NCBI RefSeq assembly: GCF_009914755.1
Contig: NC_060944.1
Reading direction: 5' to 3' (one strand)
DNA from: the human T2T-CHM13v2.0 reference genome, Homo sapiens
Length of the DNA stretch: 64,000 nucleotides
The translations under genes were made by a program, and so were the position numbers. Below the pieces are notes generated by a model. That model ran no database searches. It was given only the letters and a program-made list of their open reading frames with translations, and was not told the origin of the DNA. Shown here one piece after another: positions 15,851-30,319 of this stretch (position 1 is the stretch's first letter; each line of letters begins with the position of its first letter).

Positions 15851-17281
15851 TCCAACATAATTGATATTGCTTTTGATTCTTCACTTGTTTCATGAACCAT
15901 ATTTCTTTCTGCTAAATTAAAGGTTTTTGAAAATGAATTAAGTCCTTGTACCAAATATACAATAATGCATTATTATATAATTAATAAATAAGAACACAAT
16001 CCCTGTTATTTCAAATCTTGCTGAAAAGAGATTTTCTTTCTACTTTTAATGCAATTTTTTTTACCATTTCTCACAATATGACTGGAGTTATTTATGTTTG
16101 ACAATGATCTGGAGATTGCGAGTAAACCTGATTATTGTAAATATATTTGCTCTTATTCAAGCGTATTTGAGTCGATTGCATCTTTATTTGACTAAACTCT
16201 TTGCTGAGTCATTCTTTCTTGGATGAAATGTTATTTTTAGTAATGGATCGTTATTCTTCTTCCACATCTAGGATTGTATCTTCCTGACACACATAAGGGC
16301 AAATGTGAAGAACTCTTCTGATGCATTATTCACAAAATCTGAAGCTGAAGCTGGTTTATATTAAGCACAATTGAAATCAGATTTTAAAAAAAGGATGCAG
16401 TGTCTGTGTAGGCTAGATTTTCCGCAGAGGAAAATAATTTCCCATTTTTATCCCTTTGTATCATTTTAATGATGAAAGCACCTGATTTTTAGTCAGACTA
16501 TGATATTCACCTCGCTCACTTGTTAATTTTTTTTAGCTCTATATGATCCTTTACGTGGTTTGTGATGTAAATATAACTTGAGATTCAAAATACTGGAATG
16601 TGCTATCTTTTTCCTTTTATTTTTCTAGATAGTATTGATTGATTTGTTTTTAAACTTACATATTAAGATTTTAGATTTTGTGGTAAAACATATCCAGGAC
16701 TGAGAAATGCAGCACAGAGCATAGGAAGGAACCAAGCAAGTATAGGGTTTCAGGAGAGGTTTAGAGCTTTATAGGGTGGATGGCACTAGAGGGTTACTCC
16801 CTTCCCACAGGTAACAGGGCTGGGCTGTTACATCCCGAGTCTGTTAGCCAGTTGCTACAGGCCACCACCAGGATATCATATTTAATCAACAGCACTTTTA
16901 TTTCTTAGTGGCCATAAAACAATGGTGTATCTTATAACTTTTGACATCTTAAATTTGACACAAACATAGTATATGAATTTGAAACAATACATTTCTCTCT
17001 AATTACTGTTTTGGTGGCATTCCACAATTTTTATGTAGCATTTTCATTATCAATTATAAATATTTTCAAATTTCCATTCTAAGTTATTCAAACAACGTTT
17101 AGAAGTGTTTATGACACTTTCCAGACATAAAAGGTTTTTAAAAATTGTCTACTTATGGCTTGTAATTTTATTGCATTGGGATCAGGGAGCCCAGCAGAAT
17201 CGTATAGATTCCTCAGTTTATGTTGAAACTTGTTTTGTGGCCTTGTGTGTGGCCAATTTTTATACAGTTTCCATTTTTTTA

Positions 17282-17641
<360 letters not shown>

Positions 17642-18230
17642 TTATTAAATTGAGCTTTATACATTCAAATCTTTTTGATTTTCAGTAATTTTTTGTTTGC
17701 TGAATCTACCAGTTTCTAAGAGATGTTAAAAAATCTTCAACAATTGTGGATTTGTTCATTTCCTATTGCAAGACTGTTAATTTTTCATTTTTATATTTTG
17801 AGATTATGTTGATGGATACATGCTTAGAATTATCACAACTTCCTTGTGATTGTTCCTTTGAACATTATGTGGTGATTCTCCTTTTCTCCCTATTATTGAC
17901 TTTACCTTGAAGTCTATTTTGTCTGAAGTTAATATGAGCTTTCTTTTGATTAGTGTTGCCTGGGATATCATTTCTATTCAGTTAACCTCAGTTTTTGTGC
18001 ATCATGTTTTAAGTATGTTTCTTACAAACAGCAGATAGTCAAGTATGGTATTTTTCTTTCAATCTAAGAGTATCTCTTCTTCAACTTGGTTTTTTTTTGT
18101 TTTTCTTTTTTTTTCTGGGCTGCATTCAGGACAATTTCTTCTGATTTTTCCGGTAATTTGTTAATGTTCTCTTCTACTATGTCTGATCTTCTTAAGCCAT
18201 CCTTTGATTTTTAATTTGAATGAATACACA

Positions 18231-18523
18231 TTTTCTTTTTCTTTTTCTTTTTTTTTTTAAGAGACAGGGTCTCACTCTGTTGCCTAGGGCAGAGTGCAGT
18301 GGTGTGACCATAGCCCACTGTAATCTCAAACTCCTGGGCTCAAGATATCCTCCCACCTCAGCCTTCCAAGTAGCTGGGACTACTGGTATGTGCCACCATG
18401 CCTGGCTAATTTCTTTTTTTTCATAGAGACAGACTCTCACTGTATTGCCCAGGTTGTTCTCTAATCCCTGGACTTAAGTGATCCTCCCACCTTGGCCTCC
18501 CAAACTGCTAGGGTTACAGGCGT
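18231..18523 (-). mobile_element. Alu (J-type)
   Basis: Alu consensus, antisense. Confidence 0.9.
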
Positions 18524-18651
18524 TTCATTTTTCTTAACTCTGGTTGGTTCTTTTACATGGCTGCTTATTCCTTTGTCAGGATGCCTTGTTTTCATGCTTT
18601 CTTAACCATTTTAAAATATATTTATTCTGTGGACTTTTGCAGGTTGTTCTA

Positions 18652-19005
<354 letters not shown>

Positions 19006-19774
19006 TCACTTGTGTATTTTCTAAAATTTTCTTGTGAGTCCAGTAAGTCTTCCTTTGTGGGAATTGTGAGATTGTTTCTCTAGAGTGAGTTTCTGTTGCT
19101 TCTGTCAGGTTTCCAGAGTCATTATTTTATTGACTGAGGAAAAATTTTATATTGGTTTAGAAGTTTTCACCCAAAAAATCAGGTGGCATAAATTCAAATC
19201 CAAATCTGTATGAGGGTCAGGGCTGTGGTTAAGGTTTTACCAGGGAGAGGTTTTTCCCTGTGAGAGCTTCGGTAGAGAACAAGCTTCCTTGATATTTGCC
19301 TACGATGGCGGGTGGTGATTGGTTGGTTGGTTGGTTTTCCCTAATCTTCTCTTTTGCTGTCTGAACAGCTCTATGAGACTCCTAGCTTTATTCATAGCTC
19401 TTCTTTCCGATTCCCTTCTCAAAAGTCCTAATGTCTTTTTTCCTTCCCTGGTCTGGGACTTAAAATACAAGGCTTAGCCTTTATCAGCTCTGACTACAAC
19501 TCGCCAAAACATCGACTACATACTTACTTTTCATTATTTCTAACATTTGAGGATTTCAGCTCCTTGTGAGCCCAGTTCTGCCTTTAAAAACATTTAAAGT
19601 TATGACATACTTTAGGCAACACTTTTAGGTATTTGTAGCAAGAGGATTTTCCTATTGGATTAACCCACCATTTTGCTAGAATGAGAGATCTTTAGTAGTT
19701 TCCTTTTAAAATCAGTTAACTTACATAAAACTGTGAGCTGATTTAAAGAAAAACTTGTAGTAAATACTAGGAAA

Positions 19775-20540
19775 GGCATTAATGGTGAGCAGGTTGGGCT
19801 CCTTGATAAGCAGATCCTAGGAGTCAGGGTTTTTGTTAAGAAGGGACCTTCAGGGCCGGGAGCCGTGGCTCACGCCTGTAATCCCAGCGCTTTGGGAGGA
19901 CAAGGCGGGCGAATCACGAGGTCAGGAGATTGAGACCATCCTGGCTAGTACGGTGAAACCGTCTCTCCTAAAAATACAAAAAATTAGCCAGGCGTGGTGC
20001 AGGCGCCCGTAGTCCCAGCTACTCAGGAGGCTGAGGCAGGAGAATGGCGTGAACCCTGGAGGCGGAGCTTGCAGTGAGCGGAGATGGCGCCACTGCACTC
20101 CAGCCTGGGCGACAGAGCGAGACTCCGTTTCAAACAAAAAAAAAATTAAATAAATAAAAAATTCAAAAAAAGTGACCTTCAGAACCACATCTAAAGAAGA
20201 AGTTGGACTGGGCAGAGGGAGAAACTGCGATGCGGGCTCACTTGGCTGCAAGAGAAACACCTGGCTGACCCCACAGGTGGAGCTCTGTGGCGCTAAAATG
20301 GCCTGTTAGAGTTGTCTCAGGTTAGGGTTAGATGACCCTGCCTTCATACTCCTGTATCAACTGGCCATTGGAAGTGAGCTGCCCCAGGAAGGAGGCATGA
20401 CCTTGGCTATGCAGCACTCTGTAGCTGAAAACAGTCCCTTCAGAGACTGACTGCCAAAGGCTGTCTAGAGACTGTACTCCAGCAATTGGGCAAATAGTTC
20501 CTCGTTGAAGGGGGTCTGAACAGCACTTCACAGTGTCCAT
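19775..20540. mobile_element. Old ERVL-type LTR fragment split by an AluY
   Basis: LTR-like flanks on both sides of the Alu TSD aag(g/t)gaccttcag; family uncertain. Confidence 0.4.
19854..20171 (+). mobile_element. AluY
   Basis: AluY diagnostics (gagaccatcctggcta, ggcgtgaacc, gagcttgcag), CpG-rich. Confidence 0.93.
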
Positions 20541-22713
20541 TCCAAATATGCCGAAAAATAATCAATAAAATGGAATGCAAATGTTAAATTTAGCCTAGCT
20601 GGTCACAGGCCCCAGAAGCAGCAAAAAGGAATGCCAAGACTGACTTAAGACAAGGTTCCAAGATACCTCCCTTCAACCAAGAGCACAGTGGTGATTGGGT
20701 ATGATCATCAAAATTAATGATGATTAATTCTAAGGGGTGCCAGGAAGGACATGGCCTGTAGTGTCCCAGTGGCCTGCAGGAATAGGCTCCACTGTTCCTA
20801 CTGCATGATTGGTTATTGATTTGTCTTGCTAACAATTTAATACAAATAATTATTCTTTTAGACTTCATTCTGACTCATATGGAAGAATTAGTTGTTGAAG
20901 TTATGGTGTTAAAATACCCTGAGGAAAAGTGAACATGCCATTTCAGAAAAGGTAATGGATGGGAAAGCATCATGTTCAACTATAAAATACTATCCAAATG
21001 TACTCTAAAAACGTTAAGCCTTATTATTTTTATGTAGCACTATATTGTAACACAGCATACAGAGAATGCTAAATTTGGAGTTAGATCTAGTTTACATCCT
21101 AGCTCTCTACAAAAAGAATTCAACTCAATGTAATTCAGCAAATATTTCTTCATTCCAACTATGCGACAGATACAGTGCCAGGCACAGATCTTGCCTTTAA
21201 GCTATGGGGGTATAAATGCTACTTGTTATATGTGAGAAATTCTGGGTAAAGAGACAAGTGGCAAAATTCCAAAAATGGCTAAATAGTTTTCTCTGTTTTT
21301 AAAATGTAGAGAAATTTATTTATATTCTGGAACTATAACTTGATGTTAATCTCTTTAATTTTTAGAACAGATTATTATATGTGTTTTGTGAGCATTCCAT
21401 TAAGAATATTTAATCACTAAGAATTAGAAATAATTTTTCAGAGTAAGTTAAATCCTATTTCTCTTTTGTGAAGGACCGGTAGGTCTGTGGAATAGCATTT
21501 ATAGAACACCTATATCTCAAGCATATCCTGTGCACAAAATGTTGAAATGGGAACTAAATGAGAATAGAGTTCAATAAGGTTCTGAGCCAGTCTGATAATC
21601 ATGTGTGACTCATATTCTTGTTTCATTCCACATTTATGAAGTTCAAACTCTCCTCTAGGGAAGGTAGCTTCTCCGTGGCTTCCTCTACTTTCTTAACTCC
21701 TAACTAAATAGGTACTGTTACCAAGCTGTGTCGCATGGACCCACAGTGAGACTTAATATCTCTTTGAGTTGTCCCAAAAGGATATTTACTCTTACAAAAC
21801 GTTTATGAGGAATACACATTTTATCTAAGATTTCATAGAGCAGAAGAGAAGATGAGTTATCCTAGGAACAAAAACAAGTTTTAATGGTCACCTTAGACAT
21901 TGCTGATTTAAAAATATCAGTTGGAATCCCCCAACTTTGAAGTTTCACTAACTTTTCAGTTTAGCGCAGCCAATCACCATCTTTCTTGCTCCTCACATCT
22001 GCTGTTTTCATAGTTCTTCTCCTGTTCTTTTCTTCTCACCCTTTCAAAAACAAAATGTCAACGTTCCTCTCCCTAGTTCTGTAGGGCAATGTCTTTCCAT
22101 CCTTGAAGACTTGGCATCAGCTGACACCAGGCTTCTGTGTTGCAGGGAGGTGGGAGAGCAGGAGGGGGTGTTTACCAGCCACGAATGCTTGTTAAGACAT
22201 GACCCCAGGCCCTCGGCACACTGCCGTATAAAGGCAGTGCACACTGTATAAGACATTCTAGTAAATAGAATTTTTCACCCACATCACATGCAGATTTTTA
22301 TCTTATCTATATTTGGTCAGATATTCCTGACCAAATAATTACAATTACCCACCCACCAATAAGATACCCAATCAACAACAAAATTCTAAAGATTTCTGGT
22401 GTATTACTGCGGGCCCTAGGTGCTAAATTTGGCCCATCTTGCTAACTTCTCTAACAAGAACATGGGTAAAAGATCGGAAGTGATATGCTTGTCAAAATTT
22501 CAAATGACAGAAAGCTAGGAGAGAATAGCTAATGAATTCGTTAATGCAATCAATAGGTTGGAATAATGGTCCAAAATGAAGTTTAATCCATATAAATGTA
22601 AACTGCCTGTTAATGTAAAATACGCACAGTGAAGTTTAATACACATAAATGTAAAATGTTACACTTAAATTAAAAAATGTAGACAAACACATAAGGATTA
22701 GGAGACACCTGGC

Positions 22714-23118
22714 TGTGTTGGTCAATTTCATGTGTCAGTTTGGCTTGGCTATCATCCTCAGTTATCCAAACAGGAATCTAGTTGTTGCCGTGATGCTGTT
22801 TTGTAGCAATGATTAAAACCCATCAAAAGGAGATTATTCTAGATAATCTGGGTTGGCCCGATTCCATCAGTTGCAAAGCCTTAAGAATGGAACTGAGGCT
22901 TCTCTGAGGAAGAAAAAAATTCCGCCTGTGGATAGCAGCTTCAGCTCATGCCCAAGAGCTCCAGCCTGTTCTCCCTGAGAGCCTGCTCTTTAGATATGGG
23001 ACTTGCCCCGCCAGCCCCACAATCGCATAAGCCACTCACTTGCAATAAATTCCTAAGTATAGACATCTCCTACTATTTTTTTTTTTAATCTTTTTCTGGT
23101 TGAACCCTGACCACTACA
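22714..23118 (+). mobile_element. MLT2-like (ERVL) solo LTR
   Basis: tgtgttggtcaatttcatgtgtcagtttggc...aataaa...gaaccctgaccactaca. Confidence 0.75.
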
Positions 23119-23301
23119 CTGACTTAGTACTTTTAGATGAGGACCTCTAACGTTCCTTTTTACTCTTAAGATTCTGAAACTTCACTTTTACTAACTATGC
23201 TTCTACTGTGTGCCCCTAAAAGGTCTTTATCCTTTTAGTTCATGCCATCTAATCTCCCCTGTCTGGAAAGCCAGGTGTGTTGGATATCCTCTAATTGCCT
23301 T

Positions 23302-23911
<610 letters not shown>

Positions 23912-23924
23912 TTCTGATTGCCAT

Positions 23925-24372
23925 TCTAGATCCCACTCCATCCTGCTCTGTGCCTTGGGACTCTAACTCCTAAGGACCACACCACATCAATGGACTCCCT
24001 TTCCTTCCTGCTTCTGAAGAGATTTGCTTGAAGAGCATCACTAGCAGGAGGTATGAAGGGTAAGCAGGAAGTGAGGTGGGGCTGTTTCTTCCCTGCCTCC
24101 TCAATCCAGGTCTCTGCAGGCTGGCTTTGTCCTTGACTTGAGACCATAGTTCTGTCACAGAGCCTTCTCCACATACCTCTGGTAGCCACTACTGCCCTGT
24201 GGCACTTCAGGGCCATGGGGTGGTAATGCCAGTCCTGCTACTGGCCCCAGGGGGAACTTTGTGGTTTCCCTATATCCTGTCTACGCCTTTAGAAATAAAT
24301 AGTCTCTTTATTAAACTCTTCTCAGATGACTCAATTTAAATGTGCTATTTGTTTCCTGCCAAATCCCTAACT
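23925..24372 (+). mobile_element. Old ERVL LTR fragment (LTR33-like)
   Basis: 3' end ttattaaactcttctca...tgtgctatttgtttcctgcc. Confidence 0.5.
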
Positions 24373-24756
24373 TCAGTTAGCTAAGCATGTCAACATTTCG
24401 ATGTCATATCTAGAGCCAATTCTTCAAATGGGCAGTGAACCAGTCTTTTGGAGCTAAATGTGAGGAAAAAAATACGCTTAAAATATTAAGATTTAAAAAC
24501 TTGAAAATCCTTGTCAAAGCTGGACTCTCAGAAAAAAACAGAGACTAACATCAATGAGTTCATCCAGCCCCAAAACTATTCTCTTTCTTCTCCATAACCC
24601 ATGGTTCATAACCCATGGTTCTCAATTTCTATCTATTGCTCTTATTAGCAGTGATCACTTTTCTGTATTTACTTGTGTCAGAAGAACACATTTTGTGATT
24701 ATCAACCTTCCTTATTATCATCAGTACAAATTCTGAATCTAAAATAGTGGGTAACA

Positions 24757-25275
<519 letters not shown>

Positions 25276-25421
25276 AGGTAGAAGCCTGCAGAATTTAATG
25301 CTTTTGTGTGTATAAATATTTATGACTATATCCTAAGACTTCTCAGAAAGTAGCTCTAAAATTTGATTTTATATTGCATGTAGTCATTTTAAATTTACAT
25401 GTGAAAAGATATTCTACTTAC

Positions 25422-25590
25422 AATGATTCTTATTTCTCTTCAAGATATCTTTATTTTGAATTCCTTTTATTCTTATTTTACGTTGATTCTTCTTTTTCTC
25501 CAGGAGATTTTCTCTTTTATTGATTACATTACTAGATGTTCTTTGTTCCAATATGTGTGATAAATATTGTTTGATTTCGTTCACTGATAC
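25422..25590 (-). CDS. SEL1L2: SEL1L2 coding exon 3 (169 bp, phase 0 to 1): VSVNEIKQYLSHILEQRTSSNVINKRENLLEKKKNQRKIRIKGIQNKDILKRNKNH
   Basis: ctttgtag|GTATCAGTG...AATCATT|gtaagt; open frame, phases compatible with exons 2 and 4. Confidence 0.92.
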
Positions 25591-26167
25591 CTACAAAGAA
25601 AAAGACTGTTGCTCATTTTGTTCATGTGTGAGTTTTTTTCAAATGAAACAACAGGAAAGTGAAAATTCATATATTCATGGCAAAAATACAAGCTTAATGC
25701 AATTACTCTAATTCTTGCTTTTTTCAAATCAAAATGACAGATGGCTTACTTCACTTTAGAAATCCATATGTTTTATGAATAAAAACCTTTTAAATCTATT
25801 ATATTGTCATCTGAACTACAGAGCCAAGCATTAAAAGCTAAATGTTATAAATAAAATAGTAGGAGAATTTAACCAATTTACCTTCCACTGGTAAGTTGTC
25901 ATGGTAATGTCAATCGTGTTAGCTAAAAAAATGAAGACGTTGATATTGCCTTACACATTACAACAAATTTATAATGGGTGGAAAGTACAGAAAATCTTCT
26001 GACTGGCTTTAAAAAAACAATATTTCCCAAAAGTCCTTTTCAGAAGTTATATAATTACAATTAATCTTTTTTAAGTAGGGTAATAGTTTTAGCAGGTTAT
26101 TTCTGAGTAGTAGAAAATAATGCAGGAATTAAGGTAGAAAAAGCTTTATGGAAGTAAATATTCATGA

Positions 26168-26543
<376 letters not shown>

Positions 26544-26743
26544 CTTTTTGTGAATTACTACTTCTAAGAAGAGTCAAGACTTTTTGTTTGCTTTTTTTTC
26601 CTTTTCTTCAGTATAGTTTAAACTTTCTTTTCTGGCATGCTTAAATCCTTTGAGGTGGTAGCAAAGACATCAGAGCAATGACCCAGGGGCCAGAGCAAGC
26701 AGAAACATGAAGCCATGTAAAGGACTTTTTAAAAACAGCTTTA

Positions 26744-27052
26744 GGCTAGGCGGGGTGGCTTACATCTGCCAGCATTTTATGAGGTGGAGGCGTCCGGATT
26801 GCCTGAGGTCAGGAGTTTGAGACCAGCCTGGCCAACATGGTGAAACCCCGTCTCTACTAAAAATACAAAAAAATTCGCCAGGCCTGGTGGTGTGTGCCTG
26901 TAATCCCCGCTACTTGGGAGGTGAGGCAGAAGAATTGCTTGAACCTGCGAGGCGGAGGTTACAGGGAGCTGAGATTGCGCCACTGTACTCCAGCCAGCGT
27001 ACTCCAGAGTGACTCTCAAAAAATAAAATCAAATAAAAAATAAAAATAAAAA
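26744..27052 (+). mobile_element. Alu (S-type, degraded)
   Basis: TSD aaaaacagcttta. Confidence 0.9.
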
Positions 27053-27445
27053 CAGCTTTAATGAGATATAATTCACATATTATAAATTATATATTAACCC
27101 ATTTAAAGTGTACAATTCAATGGTTTTTTAGAATATTCACAGACATGTGCAACCATTACCACAGTCAATTTTAGAACATTTTTATCACCTTAAGAAAAAA
27201 CCACAAATCCTTTAGCTATCACCTTCCCTGTACTCCCATCCTCCCTACCCCAGCCCTAAGCAACCACTAATCTATGTTTTACCTCTACAGATTTCTCTAT
27301 TGCGGACATTCATATGAATAGAATCATATAGTATGTGATTTTTGTGTGTGACTGGCTTCTTTCACTTAGATTTGTTTTCAGGGTTAATCCATGTTGTAGC
27401 ATATATCAGCACTTCAATTCTTTCTATGGCCAAATAAAATAATAT
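27053..27445 (-). mobile_element. L1M (L1MB-like) 3' end fragment
   Basis: gagatataattcacata...aagtgtacaattcaatggttttt...ggcttctttcactta. Confidence 0.8.
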
Positions 27446-27702
27446 GCTCCATGGCTGTCATTCAGGGACCCAAGCAGATATTAAATAGATACTGTGCCAG
27501 CTTCAACATGCGGATTCCAAGGTCTCCTGGAGCATCAGTATCTAGCAGACAGAAAGAGAAAGAGCCTGGAAGACTATGTGGAGAAAAGGTTTCTGTTTTG
27601 TTTTGCTTTGTGTCATTTGGTTTGCTTTGCTTTCTTGGTTTGCTTTGCTTTCTTTAATAGGCCAGACCTGGAAGGGGCACATAGTGCTTTCAGCTACTTT
27701 CT

Positions 27703-28616
27703 TTTTTTAAATTTTAAATTTTAACTGAAATTTATTAGATGTTTAGTAAGTACATAATAGCTCAGTAAACCTAAGGTTTTTTTTTTTTTTTTAATTTCCA
27801 CAGGTTTTGGGAGAACAGGTAGGATTTTGTTACATGAGTAAGTTCTTTCATGGTGATTTGTGAGATTTTGGTGCACCCATCACCCGAGCAGTATACACGG
27901 AACCCAATTTGTAGCCTTTTATTCCTCATCCTCTTCCTACCCTTTCCCCCCAATTCCCCAAAGTCCATTGTATCATTCTTATGGCTTTGCATCCTCATAG
28001 CTTAGCTCCCACTTATAAGTGAGAACATCCAATGTTTGCTTTTCAATTTCTGAATTACTTCACTTAAAATAATATTATCCAGTCCCATCCAAGTTGCTTT
28101 GAATGCCATTAACTCATTCCTTTTTATGACTGAGTAGTATTCCATATATATATATTCCATATATATATATTCCATATATATATATATTCCATATATATAT
28201 ATATTCCATATATATATATATTCCATATATATATATATTCCATATATATATATATTCCATATATATATATATTCCATATATATATATATTCCATATATAT
28301 ATATATTCCATATATATATATTCCATATATATATATATTCCATATATATATATATTCCATATATATATATATTCCATATATATATATATTCCATATATAT
28401 ATATATTCCATATATATATATATTCCATATATATATATATTCCATATATATATATATTCCATATATATATATATTCCATATATATATATTCCATATATAT
28501 ATATATTCCATATATATATATTCCATATATATATATATTCCATATATATATTCCATATATATATATATTCCATATATATATATATTCCATATATATATTC
28601 CATATATATATATATT

Positions 28617-28663
<47 letters not shown>

Positions 28664-29024
28664 ACAGTTTCTTTATCTGCTCGTAGATTGATGGGCATTT
28701 GGGCTGGTTCTGTATTTTTGCAATTGTGAATTCTGCTGCTATAAGCCTGTGTGCAAGTATCTTTTTTGTATAATGACTTCTTTTCCTCTGAGTAGATACC
28801 CAGTAGTGGGGTTGCTGAATCAAATGGTAGTTCTACTTTTAGTTGTTTAAGGAATCTTCACACTGTTTTCCACACTGGTTGTTTTAGTTTACATTCACAT
28901 AGCAGTGTAGAAGTGTTCCCTTTTCACCACATCCATGCCAACATCTGTTTTTTTTTATTTTTTGATTATGGCCATTCTTGTAGGAGTAAGCTGGTATCAC
29001 ATTGTGGTTTTGGTTTGCATTTCC
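27703..29024 (-). mobile_element. 5'-truncated L1 (L1PB-like) with VNTR and apparent 3' transduction
   Basis: L1 3' UTR and ORF2 end on minus strand; TSD tgctttcagctactttct (27685-27702) / tgctttcagccaccttct (29025-29042). Confidence 0.88.
28140..28660. repeat. VNTR: about 30 copies of TTCC(AT)nA (13-17 bp) ending in (AT)21
   Basis: Counted directly; grown from the L1 tagtattccat..atat motif. Confidence 0.97.
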
Positions 29025-29409
29025 TGCTTTCAGCCACCTTCTATTAGCCCCACCTAATTGCAAGGTGGCCGAGAAACATAATCTATTTAGGTATCTGGAA
29101 GAAGAGAACATGGATTTTGATAAGCATCCTGCACTCTCTAGTATAGTGGAATTATCATATGTTATTGCCATTTAACTTTAACTTTTCAGTTCAACAATAA
29201 CTAGCATCTAAGTTGAGGAGGCAGTACAAGTTTGGCAAATGCCTGTGACTGTCTGATGTTTCTACTGGCTTCTTTACAGAGGTCAGTGTTTCTTGACTTT
29301 GGGTTTCTCTCTCATCCTGAACAACAGCAGAACACAGTCAGCGAGACCAAGTATTAGGGAGCCTTGGAAGACAGAGAGGCTTTCTCTGACTCTCCAAGGC
29401 ATCCAGAGA

Positions 29410-30130
29410 TTAAATAATTTAATAACAAGCATTTTTGGAGCATTGCTCTCAGTCCCTGCTCTCAGAGCCAGGGATACAGCCAAACCAACCAACCAAACAA
29501 ACAAAGTCTCTGCCCTCTTGCAGCTGATTTTCTGCCAGGGAAGATAACAGTCAACTGATAAAAGGAGTTGTTTTTAAAAAGGGTAAGGGGAGGGAAGTGA
29601 TAAAAGTTAGTGTTATTTGATACAGGGTGGAGAAGTTCTATGATTACATTTGAGTAGACCCCTGTGGGAATGGAGGGAGTTAGCCACGCAAATAAACCTC
29701 AGGAAGGGAGTTCTGACAGAGGCAATGGCAAACGCAAAGGCACTGAAACAGGAACACACAGGTGTGCAAGGAAGACAGGGTAACTGGAGCAGAGTGAGTG
29801 GGGTGGGGAGAGGGGGAAATAATGAGGCAGAGAGGCAGCGCTGGGGCCAGGTTCAGGATTGGGAGTTGTGTTCTGTGTGAATGGGAGCCCTATGGAGGGT
29901 TCTGAGCAGAGGAGTGATATTAACTGACTTAAATTTCAGAAGTATCATTCTGGCTCATGTGTGGAGAATATGATATCGTAGAGATGGAGTGGGGAAAAGA
30001 GGCCAACTGAAATAGGCCACTTGAGAATTGATGGTGACAGTGAAGAAAGAAGATGGTAGAGGGGGAAATGGTGATAGTGGTTGTGGTTTGTTTCTGGAGA
30101 TATTCCGGAAACATTGCTGACAAGATTTTC
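29410..30130 (-). mobile_element. L2 fragment
   Basis: Purine-rich L2 motifs gcaaaggcactga, gggagccctatggagggttctgagcag. Confidence 0.6.
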
Positions 30131-30319
30131 TGTTGAAGGGCTTATCATGTGAATTTTAGTTTTTAAACAGCAAATGCAATAAAAGCATGTTTGTAAAACT
30201 CTCCTGGGCCCATCTATAGACTAGCTATAGCTCTTCATCGGAGAAAGAAGCTGTGTTTTGATAGTCTCTGACATCTTCACTTGCCCTCTGCCTCTTCACT
30301 TCCCTGTATCTTGAAGCTC

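Noticed and set aside
16511-16536. 26-bp phase 1-to-0 segment upstream of the exon-3-like pseudo-exon, with donor GAG|gtgaat
   Set aside because: Purine-rich acceptor and in-frame TAA; too short to distinguish from chance
28140-28660. CRISPR-like regular array
   Set aside because: No unique spacers or cas genes; a eukaryotic simple tandem repeat
28002-28698. Long MEYIY/WNIYI repeat ORFs (159-194 aa)
   Set aside because: Translations of the stop-free TTCC(AT)n VNTR inside an L1; no coding signal
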